Part shown: in pieces, positions 10,649 to 19,938 of the stretch | How positions within the stretch are numbered: position 1 is the stretch's first letter | Layout: every line of letters begins with the position of its first letter | Assembly: GCA_008690995.1 (NCBI GenBank) | Contig: VRMN01000006.1 | Coordinates: forward strand, 930,001-975,138 | DNA from: Porphyridium purpureum | Lineage: Eukaryota | DNA: 45,138 nucleotides | Direction of reading: 5' to 3' | Notes under the pieces: generated by a model | What the model was told of the DNA's origin: nothing | The model's database searches: none | The model's input: the letters and a program-made list of their open reading frames with translations, nothing else | Position numbers and translations under genes: made by a program

Positions 10649-13600
10649 TTACACAATATACACGCGACGGCTGGAAAGCGCACCGCACAGAAAGCCGTCA
10701 TCACTGACTGACTCGAGCGCAAACGAACCCACAGTGAGAAAGCAAATTAAAAACGAGTGTTGGAGCGACTCACCGACCGTGGATGGATCAAAGGTCACAC
10801 GGTCCGAGCCAACCAGCACAAAGTCCTCACCCGGACGCAATACGCTCGCATCTTCCAAGCCACTGCCTGTCCCTGGGCGCAAGTGCATATCTTCGTGCAT
10901 CACTCGGACAAGAACCGTGCACTGGCGCGCTGTATTCACGGCATTCCCGTACGGTGACACGCTAAGTAAAACGCGCACAAAGGAGCCGCGACGCAGAGTA
11001 GAGCGCGAACGACCGAGCTGGAGCGCTGGTGTCAAACCAACTGCTGGCTGAGACGGCGACGAAGGCAACGAGGGAGAGGGCGAGCGGCGCTCATCACAAT
11101 CCGCGGTTCGAGTGGTTGAGTTTGACGCAGGTAGGAGGTCGAGGTGGCACGCGAACATGGACACCCTGCTCGTTTCGCCCTTCAGACGTTCAAATTCGGT
11201 ATCCAGCTCGTCCAAAGACGCCGTTCCCGTCCGATGCAATGCGGTACCCACTAGCTCCCAGCTAAGCTCAAACTGTTCTGAGAAGGCGTTATGTTTGGTC
11301 TGCTTCGCCAAACCTTGTTCATCACCTTGCTCTCCCGAGCCAGAGCTTGAACCGTCACTGTTCATTGCAGCCTGCAGGTCGAATTCAACTTCATAAACGG
11401 TGCGGCAGCTGCCGGGAAGCGGCAGCGGTGGCTCGATGGCGCCACGTTGTGCGTATGCCGAGACACCGGACGGGTGGAAGGTACCGGCGTGTCTTTCGAC
11501 GACCGAGTTCAGCGACTTGTCCGGTGCCCTTACGCGGCGCTGCAAACGCAACTGAATCAAATGATTCACATGGTTGTGTACATGAAAAGATGCAAACATG
11601 CCGCACCCGTGCGCCAGACGCTGAGTGCCAAACATGCTCCACGGCGACAGTTGCAAAGCACGCACAGAGATTAGCGGCCACACGTGGAGCCGCAAGTGCA
11701 GCTCTGATATCCGCCGAATCGTAGCGCGAAGCTGCTGCTTGCCTTGTGCGTCTTGCTTCGTTATTATGGAACCGGAATCCAAAGCGAGCGCATGTGCCAC
11801 ACGGAACGACAGCACGCTTGAGCTGCTGCCACCAGCACTGTTCCCCGCCCTTCCCGTGGCTCCGGTCCGGGCGGCATTCACAGAGGGCGATTGTAGATGC
11901 GCCTTGAGCGTGAGCTTCAGAACATGCGAGCCACGCAAAGCAGAGACCTCGACAGGGTGCCTCCATTCTGCACCCGATTCGCCATCCAGCACCGCTACGT
12001 GCTGTGGGTCAGATGCAACAAAGACAGAAGCGTGCACCGGTGCAGGTCCCGTGCAGCTTAAACGTAGATACACGTCTGCGCGCTCACCATGGAAAAGCGA
12101 CAATTCCTGCACGTGTGACTTACTTTCGGACGTGTCGGTACCTACTCCAAGCCCAGCACTCTCCGAAAGGCAAAGGGCGTCGCGACCTATTTGAAGCGTG
12201 CACTGCGACATTGCTGGAAGCACCTCGACTGCGTTTGGCTGCAGACAAGTGCGTAACGCACGGCTTCCTTTCCCAGCCGCGTTGGCGTTCAACTCTGGGC
12301 GCGCGAATCGAATGAGGTTAATAACACCACCAAACAAGCGTAGTACGACCCCTGTGAGCTGCAACGCACCGTCGTGCAGAGGTGTTGCTGTCGCGAAAAC
12401 ACTCGTGCGGCGTTTGCAGCACGGGAGCTGTGCACGCGAGCCGGCTACGGTAAACGTGAGGGGTGCAACGCTCAGCAGATGTCGCGATGAGAGAAGCAAT
12501 TCAAGATCTCCTTCATCGGCATCATCATGCGGGCCATTTGGCTCTTTGGATTTGTCTCGGAGCGCAGGGGAACACAGCAGACTCACCAGCTCACACTCAA
12601 GCGGTACTTTCAAACAGGTTTCAAATTCAAGCTCAACACGAGCGGGCTCGCCTACCACCCAACTCGCCAACGCTCCATTCGTGCTGGAGCTCTGCAGCGC
12701 TGCCGCCGCGGCGTCAAAAGCGCTGTACAAAAAGGGACTGGCTGCGGAGCTCGCGGACGCGTTGACACTTTCGCCTTCGCCAGCCCAGGCGACGATGCCA
12801 TCCTTTGCGTCGGCTGCTTCCTCATGCGTAGCAGTGAACAACTCGGCTCGCGCGCTACCCAGTGGCCGGCAGCGAGTCACTGTGACAAGTTGCTCATCGG
12901 CCATGCTATCCGGCTCACTGCGGAAGGCCGGCACGGCGGCGGCGCTGAGCGCCGCACACGAGCTACGCGACAGCGCGAGCTCATGCTCAATGTCACCTCT
13001 TACGAACGGCGACACAGACGTCATCCAAGTCATGACCGCTAGGCCCATTTGCGTCGCCGGGTCCAGCGCTGGCACCAACCCCGAGCCTCCAGCAGGCGAC
13101 GTCTTGCCGGATACCAACAAGGATGATGTCGCTGCGGAGGAGCTCCGTCCTTGCACTGGCCTGTCTGCGCCACTGCCACCGCCAAGGCTTCCACCGTTGC
13201 TCGTGTTCATGCTGCTGCCGGCAACAACACTACTTGCGGAACTGGATAAGACTTTAGGACCAATGCCGCTTGTGCTGCCGGGCGATGCGATGGTGGAGAG
13301 AGTGTTCGTGACTCGCGTTTTGGCTGTCTGCGACAAAGGCGGCAAGGTTGCCACCGGCGCAGGTGCAGATACGCCATTCGCGCCACAGAAATGAAGCGAG
13401 GAACTCAGCCGGAGCACGTGCTCACAGTAACTGATTGCCTCGTGAAACATTCCGAGATCAGCACTCAACGCAGCGGCCTCGCTCAACACGGCACACTTGA
13501 GTGCTGTCCACTGCTCGTCACAGAATTGCTCAGCGCAACGCGCGAGAAGAAACGAGGCCACATACGCACGCGAAGTGTTTATGGTGGCGCTCGAGTTCAC

Positions 13601-15310
13601 AGTAGTAGACATCGTGCCTGCGCTGGATCCTGAGATTGCTCCAACGCCCAAGCCGTAATTCCACTCAGCGAGCTGGTAATAAAAGAGAGCTGCCTTACGG
13701 TGCGCTCCTAAAAAGTCGTGAAACAGTGCAAGCGCTCCCCAAATGTGCATTTTGCGGGAAAAACTTGCATTCGCCGAAATCTGCACCGCGTAGCTTGCCA
13801 CCTCGAGCGCCTTGAAGCGCCACGAGGGGACGTTGCCCAAGAAAAAGCAAAGCCGAAGCGCCGCGCTCAGCTCCAACGTGCGTGCGCGTTTCCGCGCGTA
13901 CAGGCGCAGCACTTCCGAGTAGCCATCGACGATGTTTGTCACCAGATCCGGCGGCAGATTCAGATGCACGACGGGCGGCGGGAAGGGCTTGGAACTGCCG
14001 CGTGGATCTTTTGCACGGCGTGCGTTCGCCAGCGGATACGCATATGGCGGCACGCTCTCGTCACCAGAGAACTCGGCGAGAATGTTAGACACGTCAAACG
14101 GGGCACGCGAAGCACAAAATCCTTCTTGAGCGAGCAATGCAGCGGCCGCCCCTTCCATGGCCCCGGCAATCCATAGGCGGTCCGAGTTGGCTCGTGCGCG
14201 TTCTGCGGCCGCATTGTAGCTCCGCAAGGCGTCCACGCACGCGCCGAGGAGCATATAAAAATCTCCCTGCAGCTTTTGGACCCGTCCATCGCGGCGCTTA
14301 TTGAGTTTCGTCTGGGACTCGGCGGCGGCGTGTAGACCGCTGCCAGAATATGAGGCGGAAACATTGGAAGCCCCGCTGCCGGACTGATCCTTATGACTTG
14401 CCCCCGAGTGGTCAAGATATGTCAAAAGCGGTTCGGTGCTGTTGGGCGAGGTTGTGGCAACCATTGCGCGCTCAATCGAGTCAAGGACGCTCGCAACAAA
14501 TGGAAGTAATTGCACGCGAATTTCGGCTCGCAGGGTACTGGAGCCCGAACTGTTGTTGCCGCTACTGCTCTCGACCACAAACTCGGATGACACCTCTGGG
14601 CTGCTGGAACCCCATAGCTTGGCACCGCGCGGCGACATGATAATGAGTAGCTTCCTGATCAACACGCCCTTAAATTGGGTGGCAACCACGTCAAGGTCTT
14701 CCCGAGCGCCGCGTATGGCAGCCTGTTGAGCCAATAGGTCATCCTGGACCGAAGCATCTGAGATGTCTGCAATGCCCAGGATGCCCCATATGCGTTTGGC
14801 GACATGGAAGCTTTCCCACTCGGACGTGGCGGGCACCAGTACCGCACCGGCAGGCGTCTTGTGGCAGATTTCGTACCGCAACAAGATTTTTACCTCGTCA
14901 CGAAGCGATGCGTCGAACCCAGCGCGCTCACGCCGTCGGCTTGGGTTTCGGTTGTCATGATCTTGTGCGGTCTGATTCGCAGACTGAGTGGAATGGGCTG
15001 ACTTGCTGTTTGGATGAGAGTTGGGCTGCCCTGGCAGATACGACGTATTACCAGCCGATGCACCGCCGCCCAATCCGCTTGTGGCAACTGCAGATGACAC
15101 ATCTGCGCCGCTGCCGCCGTCACGGTACAAATGGCGGCCTGCTCGGCGACGAATGTCCGAGCCGTTGTCCGGGATGGCAGAGATGGGAATCTCGCGTAAG
15201 CCCATCAGCTCGTCCGCCACGCGAGTGAAGCGCGCGCGCTTGACAAAGCGCGTCGGCACCACCACCACGCGGATGGAGGAAAAGTCGAAGATCGAATCCG
15301 CGGAGATCAT
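10649..15310 (-). CDS. TRAPPC9: TRAPP II complex subunit TRAPPC9/Trs120
   Basis: ~1553-aa ORF with N-terminal SSIRVVVVP, WESFHV..RIWGILGIAD, GRVQKLQGDFYMLLG..DAL..Y..A.E.AR...D.LWIAGAMEG, LGAHRKAALFY and WVVGEP..V.LEF. An in-frame stop lies just upstream of the ATG. Confidence 0.88.
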   Translation of the reverse strand: MISADSIFDFSSIRVVVVPTRFVKRARFTRVADELMGLREIPISAIPDNGSDIRRRAGRHLYRDGGSGADVSSAVATSGLGGGASAGNTSYLPGQPNSHPNSKSAHSTQSANQTAQDHDNRNPSRRRERAGFDASLRDEVKILLRYEICHKTPAGAVLVPATSEWESFHVAKRIWGILGIADISDASVQDDLLAQQAAIRGAREDLDVVATQFKGVLIRKLLIIMSPRGAKLWGSSSPEVSSEFVVESSSGNNSSGSSTLRAEIRVQLLPFVASVLDSIERAMVATTSPNSTEPLLTYLDHSGASHKDQSGSGASNVSASYSGSGLHAAAESQTKLNKRRDGRVQKLQGDFYMLLGACVDALRSYNAAAERARANSDRLWIAGAMEGAAAALLAQEGFCASRAPFDVSNILAEFSGDESVPPYAYPLANARRAKDPRGSSKPFPPPVVHLNLPPDLVTNIVDGYSEVLRLYARKRARTLELSAALRLCFFLGNVPSWRFKALEVASYAVQISANASFSRKMHIWGALALFHDFLGAHRKAALFYYQLAEWNYGLGVGAISGSSAGTMSTTVNSSATINTSRAYVASFLLARCAEQFCDEQWTALKCAVLSEAAALSADLGMFHEAISYCEHVLRLSSSLHFCGANGVSAPAPVATLPPLSQTAKTRVTNTLSTIASPGSTSGIGPKVLSSSASSVVAGSSMNTSNGGSLGGGSGADRPVQGRSSSAATSSLLVSGKTSPAGGSGLVPALDPATQMGLAVMTWMTSVSPFVRGDIEHELALSRSSCAALSAAAVPAFRSEPDSMADEQLVTVTRCRPLGSARAELFTATHEEAADAKDGIVAWAGEGESVNASASSAASPFLYSAFDAAAAALQSSSTNGALASWVVGEPARVELEFETCLKVPLECELVSLLCSPALRDKSKEPNGPHDDADEGDLELLLSSRHLLSVAPLTFTVAGSRAQLPCCKRRTSVFATATPLHDGALQLTGVVLRLFGGVINLIRFARPELNANAAGKGSRALRTCLQPNAVEVLPAMSQCTLQIGRDALCLSESAGLGVGTDTSESKSHVQELSLFHGERADVYLRLSCTGPAPVHASVFVASDPQHVAVLDGESGAEWRHPVEVSALRGSHVLKLTLKAHLQSPSVNAARTGATGRAGNSAGGSSSSVLSFRVAHALALDSGSIITKQDAQGKQQLRATIRRISELHLRLHVWPLISVRALQLSPWSMFGTQRLAHGCGMFASFHVHNHVNHLIQLRLQRRVRAPDKSLNSVVERHAGTFHPSGVSAYAQRGAIEPPLPLPGSCRTVYEVEFDLQAAMNSDGSSSGSGEQGDEQGLAKQTKHNAFSEQFELSWELVGTALHRTGTASLDELDTEFERLKGETSRVSMFACHLDLLPASNSTTRTADCDERRSPSPSLPSSPSQPAVGLTPALQLGRSRSTLRRGSFVRVLLSVSPYGNAVNTARQCTVLVRVMHEDMHLRPGTGSGLEDASVLRPGEDFVLVGSDRVTFDPSTVGESLQHSFLICFLTVGSFALESVSDDGFLCGALSSRRVYIV

Positions 15311-15556
15311 CACATACGTGTCCTACGAGCGTGTCTTGTCGCCCGAAGGAACGTCCACACGACGGCCGTCACGGCAGCGCCGGTGGCGAGCAACTGCAAA
15401 GCTCACTTTGGCGCCTGCCGCGCGCTCTAGTTTGGAAAGCCACGGATCTTTCTCTCGTCCACTTGTGGTCGCCGCACCCAGCGCACGCCTGATGCCGTCA
15501 CCCGGGCGCACATGGACCGCCTAGGTACAGTTGCCAGATCTTTGGGTTCTGAACTG

Positions 15557-16994
15557 AAGTGCGACCAAATCGGATAGGGGACAGTACCTTTTTTCAAGTT
15601 TTACAGGTAAAATGATCTGCTTTACTATAAAAAGGATAGAGGTCCGGTGAACAGGGAATATGAAGGAGGTCAAAACGGATAGGGGACACGGCACATTTCT
15701 GGCCATTACTCAGCCATAGAGAATCGGAATTGGTCGCGGTTTCCTTGCACGCACGCGCCTCAAAGATACGCACAGTTAAATATTCGTTTCGGCAGCGACG
15801 CGTACAAATTGGCCATCACAGGCTGGTCCAAAGTCTCCCAAGCCTGTAAAATGGCATTCTTGAGCTCTAGCACCGTCTGATACTGCCTTGCACCCTCGTA
15901 AACCTTGCGCGCTAGTATCCCCCACAGGTTTTCGATAATATTGAAGTCCGGCGAGTACGCTGGCCAGTCTAGAAGCTCCACATTCTCGTCATTCATGAAA
16001 TTCTTAACCAGGCGACTTGTGTGCACTGGCGCGTTATCCTGCTGAAAAACCATGTTCGGGCCCACCATCTGACGGCAACGGTTCAGCAGTGTCCTCTCGA
16101 AGCATGGAAACATATTTTGCAGCCGTAAATGACCCCTAAATAAAATGCCGGTGAATCTTTCCTCTTGCAGAAATTGCACCCCAAACCATGCATCCACCGC
16201 CGCCGGAATGTCGCGACTGAAGTTCTGGAACGTCCGCCGCACGCTCAACCCACGTCTTGTGGAAACCATCGGGTCCGTCCAGGTTGAACTTCTTTTCGTC
16301 AGTGAACACAATTGCGGCCCAATTGGTCTGTTCCAGCTGATGATGCCTGGCCCAGGCCAGCCTCTTAAGCTTGCGATTGAGTGCCAGTGGCGGACAAGCT
16401 GGAATTTTGCGGTATGCATGCGTGACACTCATTGCCTTCCTGATTGTCGTCAAACTTTGGATTGGTTTAGCTCCACGAATTCGCAGAGCTGCTTGAACCT
16501 GACGTGCCGTGTGAATGTTCGGAAGCTTGGCGATGTTAAAAATCTTCGTTTTGACTGCCTCAGTCAGCTTTAAATCGTTCACATTGGCATATTTCTGGCA
16601 GTAGTCGTTTGGAGCCGACAAATAGCGGGAAACCACGTTCTTCGAGCGCCCAATTTTGGTCGCAATGGCTCTCACGCTGTTGCTCGACTCTCGGAGACCC
16701 TGGATACGTCCTTTCCCCTCGCCCGTAAGGCCAATATTGCGCCCCATGGAGTCAAAATGGAGCTCATTACGAGCTGCGATGGATCCACACTTTTCCGCTT
16801 ACACTGAACCGCCAATGTCCGAGATATTTCGCTTCCACGCAGTGTCCCCTATCCGTTTTGAGCCACAAATTTCGTCATAACCGTTGCAGACGAACCCCGC
16901 CGTTCTACTTTTATAGCAAAAGATCAAAATTTACCATTAATTAACTATTTTTTCTGAAACATTTGACTGTCCCCTATCCGATTTGGTCGCACCT
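15557..16994 (-). mobile_element. Tc1/mariner (Tc3-like, DD34E) DNA transposon, family A copy 1, with IR/DR-type ends
   Basis: TIR core GTGCGACCAAATCGGATAGGGGACAGT at 15559-15585 and its reverse complement at 16966-16992. TA at 16995-16996 (left side reads TG). Inner CGGATAGGGGACAC repeats at ~15676 and inverted at ~16842. Confidence 0.92.
15760..16747 (-). pseudogene. Tc3-like transposase with frameshift/stop near 16100-16140
   Basis: HTH start MGRNIGLT..SVRAIATKIGRSKNVVSRYL; VFTDEKKFNLDGPDG; GGGGCMVWGAIS; in the second frame FQQDNAPVH-(D34E)-WPAYSPDFNIIENLW. Confidence 0.92.
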
Positions 16995-17059
16995 TAGGTT
17001 GTCCCATTCACGGTAAAAGCGATCAGGGTCAGGTGGCAAGGTGACAAAGGTGGTTGAAG

Positions 17060-17195
17060 ACGAAGCTATCAAGACCGCTCGTACTTGAGACGCCTGATTC
17101 AAACATCATGTTCAGCGGTGTCCTAAGACACCGTGCATCGGGTTTCCCCGGCAGGGTCAGGCTCCAATGCTGGGGAAAGAAATCCCCAGCGCTTT
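17060..17195 (-). ncRNA. Candidate Fanzor omegaRNA scaffold overlapping and following the Fanzor stop codon
   Basis: Four tandem stem-loops: 17169-17190 (8-bp stem), 17139-17150 (CGGG-GAAA-CCCG on the minus strand), 17116-17133 (7-bp stem, 4-nt loop), 17069-17088 (5-bp stem). The position matches known TnpB/Fanzor omegaRNA loci. Boundaries are inferred. Confidence 0.55.
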
Positions 17196-18490
17196 GTGAT
17201 TGCGCAAGAAAATATTTTTTGCGCCATTGATATTGCGGTCCATGACCGCTTCACACGTACTAGAACGGCACCTAGAAGTCTTAGCGCCGCCCAGATTCGC
17301 GTGTTTGGTTCCCTACGCGTTGCACGTGTTTAAGGTATAGGTCTCATTGACAAGCACCTGTTTCGAAGTGCTTTTCGTGCATTAAATGGAATTCGTCTTT
17401 GGACGCGGTATTAGCCCTAGGGGAACATCTGACGCGCTACCTTGGAACGTTTCTTGTGTTCACGACGGCGGACCATGTTGGAAACCGCGAACGTGGGCAA
17501 CAGGATAAGGTCACACTCGCGCACCAGGAATGCGGTGATTTACTTGTGGACCTCATCCACTAGGTTGCATATACGGTCATGTTCACAGCGTGCGGCTGGG
17601 CGCAGCGCGCAGCGCCGGTGCGCGTTCTCCACGGTTGCAATCTTGGACATCAAAATCGTCCAAGCCCTTGCAGAGTCGGAAAAAGCGACCGATGTCGCCA
17701 ACTCCCCACGGATATAGCGCGACTCTGACTCGGGTCGAAAAGCGTCTGGAGGTTCGGACGCCCGGGTCTAATGTAACAAGACGCTGTTGCACATCACTTT
17801 GACTTTGGTTTTCGGCCGTGTTTTGAGCTGGCGATTGTTGCTGTTGCTGTCGCAGTTGCTGTCGCAGTTGCTGCCGTGGTAACAGTTCCGGCTTTAGGCT
17901 GAGCGGTGTGTACCTGTGTGGTATGCACAGATACAACTTGTTCGTCGGTGTTCGCTGCAGACGACAATACATATTACTGTGCTCACACGACACAGCGACA
18001 CCTCGACCTGTCCACAACCACACTGGTGCGGTCCACGGCAGCTACAGAAAAACGCAGTCTGCGTGTTGCTCGATCCATTCCTTGCGAATATAAATAGACT
18101 CACTCGCGTGAGCCTTTCGTGAGCGAAAACCGAGCCTGAGATGCGATGCATTTCCCCCTGCCACATTGCTGTGGCATGCTTCAAACGCCGCAATTGCATC
18201 CGCACACGGCCCATCCCGAATACCATATGGAATAGACCTGAGCCACGGGTTGGCACCGACATTCTCACTGCTGTTGTTCACCAGCTTAAACCGCAGATAC
18301 TGTACCCAGCTCACGGTGGTAACACCACTTCGCCGACCTGCGTCCGCCGCTGGACTGATTAGAAGCGCGACGCAGTGATTATACGTCCACCGAGCAGCAC
18401 CGAACAGCTGAAGTATACGCTGATGGTCCACTCGGCGGACGGGACTCACCTTGAATTTTGAGGCGGCTATAGCTTCGCCCCACCGCGTTT
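17157..18490 (-). pseudogene. Fanzor2 / IS607-TnpB-like RNA-guided endonuclease, decayed
   Basis: Reconstructed across frames: KFKVSP..HQRILQLFGAARWTYN; NPWLRSIPYGIRDGPCADAIAAF..LGFRSRK..SESIYIRK; CRLQRTPTNKLYLCIP; ENQ..LVTLDPGVRT/QTLFDP (RuvC-I); WGVGDIGRFFRLCKGLDD/LMSK; DRICNLVDEVHK*ITAFLVRECDLILLPTF.VSNMV; SKVARQM; VNETYTLNTCNA*G..LGGAK..C...C; MDRNINGAKNIFLR. Confidence 0.9.
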
Positions 18491-18929
18491 AACCGCCGTT
18501 ATTTCCTTGTCACACGGCAGCTGTAGACGCCCTTCCGCGCCCACCCGCATCTCCGGGAGCTGATTTCCAACCGATGTTCGTGGCCAGGTTACGGGAAGGA
18601 CTGATGAGCTAGCCCGTCACGCGCCGATCGGCCACCGCTTCCTTACCTTGCACACTGTTGAAAAAGCGAACTCGCCCGATGATGGACGATTGAGGGGGCG
18701 CGAGCGAGCGTACGACCTGCTGATTAGCAAGAGGTCGGCGCGACCGGTAACCGGAACGAGAGCGACCCGACCGGACGGTCGCGCGGAGGGTGCGATGGTC
18801 CCGGCCTTCGCGGCTGCTCTAAAGGGCTGGCGCAGCCGCGCGGAGCAGTATTTGCCTGTCTTTAGAGTTAGAGGCTTCAGTATTTATCATCGGAATTTAT
18901 TGGTACTATAAAAGAGGCTTCTCGGAACA

Positions 18930-19406
18930 ATGGCGTTTGCTTATAGTGGAGCGGTTGCACCTGTGGGTCCGGGCTTATTGGATTTTCCACACACACGAAA
19001 CCACGTCGATTTTGTGCGCGAGCAGAATGCGCCGTCCGCGTACTCTTTCGACGCGGCCGCGGTTAGCGACCAGGTCAACGCTGAGATGGCAGCCGATGCT
19101 TTGGACCAGAATGGTCTTGCTTCCTCCTGGTCACCCCGCCATACTCGCTCGCCGTCGCCTTGCCGAAGGACGCTCTGGCACAGGCGCCGCTTTGCTCTGC
19201 GACTCGCCCGCCGTGCCGCTCGCCGCCCGCGTGCGTGCGCGCATCTTGAGACGGAGACACGCCTCCTTCGCATCGTGTCGCGCGATGTTCTTGTTCAAGT
19301 GCGAGCCAGCCAAACTTCTTCCACGACAATTGAAACCTCTGGCAACGTGCATAAACATCGTGAAATAAAAGCTGTGTTTTTGATTTCAGGGGTTTGCAGG
19401 TTCTAA
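18930..19406 (+). CDS. Hypothetical protein (orphan ORF, may be non-coding)
   Basis: 158-aa ORF with ACAATGG start context and TATAAAAG at 18907 in an AT-rich patch; no recognisable domain. Confidence 0.25.
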   Translation: MAFAYSGAVAPVGPGLLDFPHTRNHVDFVREQNAPSAYSFDAAAVSDQVNAEMAADALDQNGLASSWSPRHTRSPSPCRRTLWHRRRFALRLARRAARRPRACAHLETETRLLRIVSRDVLVQVRASQTSSTTIETSGNVHKHREIKAVFLISGVCRF

Positions 19407-19938
19407 GGAAAAAAATCAACTGCTATAAAGCGTCTTACCAACTCAACTTTCTTGCTGTCTGCGCGCATCCAGCCCGGCTGCGATGTGCCCTGACCCACAT
19501 AGATGCCTCACGGGTGCTCTGCCTTTTGATGGACCACAACTACACTTTAATTCGACATTGCAAACCACGACATACCCTTTCGCTCGCAGAGGATGCTCCA
19601 TGGAACACGTCTCGGCATGGGTCGTTGCCTGCCGTGTGTGTGCGGACACGCGCGCATCAATCTTCCCACCTGGAATCCGAAAACGGTTTCATTTCAAATC
19701 TATCGGTTAACCGTTAAACCGATGTGGCGGAGAAAATTAAGTTTTTGCTGACTCGCACATCAACCGGAAAGTGACAGACATGTGGCGCGCGCAGGGTGAA
19801 GATTGGCACGACAAGACGAACGCGAAGAATCGTAATCGTTTCCACGCCATCCTCTCTGGTCGAACCTAGCAGCCAGAGGCAACCTCGCTGGTCCGCGGCG
19901 TCGGCTGATCACGTGGCGTCGTTCGCACCGGGATAGTG

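Noticed and set aside
12198..13394. 398-aa plus-strand ORF
   Set aside because: Antisense shadow of the TRAPPC9 CDS.
15557..18490. Fanzor as cargo inside the Tc1 element (Fanzor1-mariner type)
   Set aside because: The Tc1 TIR pair closes at 16994, before the Fanzor, and the protein motifs and size are Fanzor2/IS607-like.
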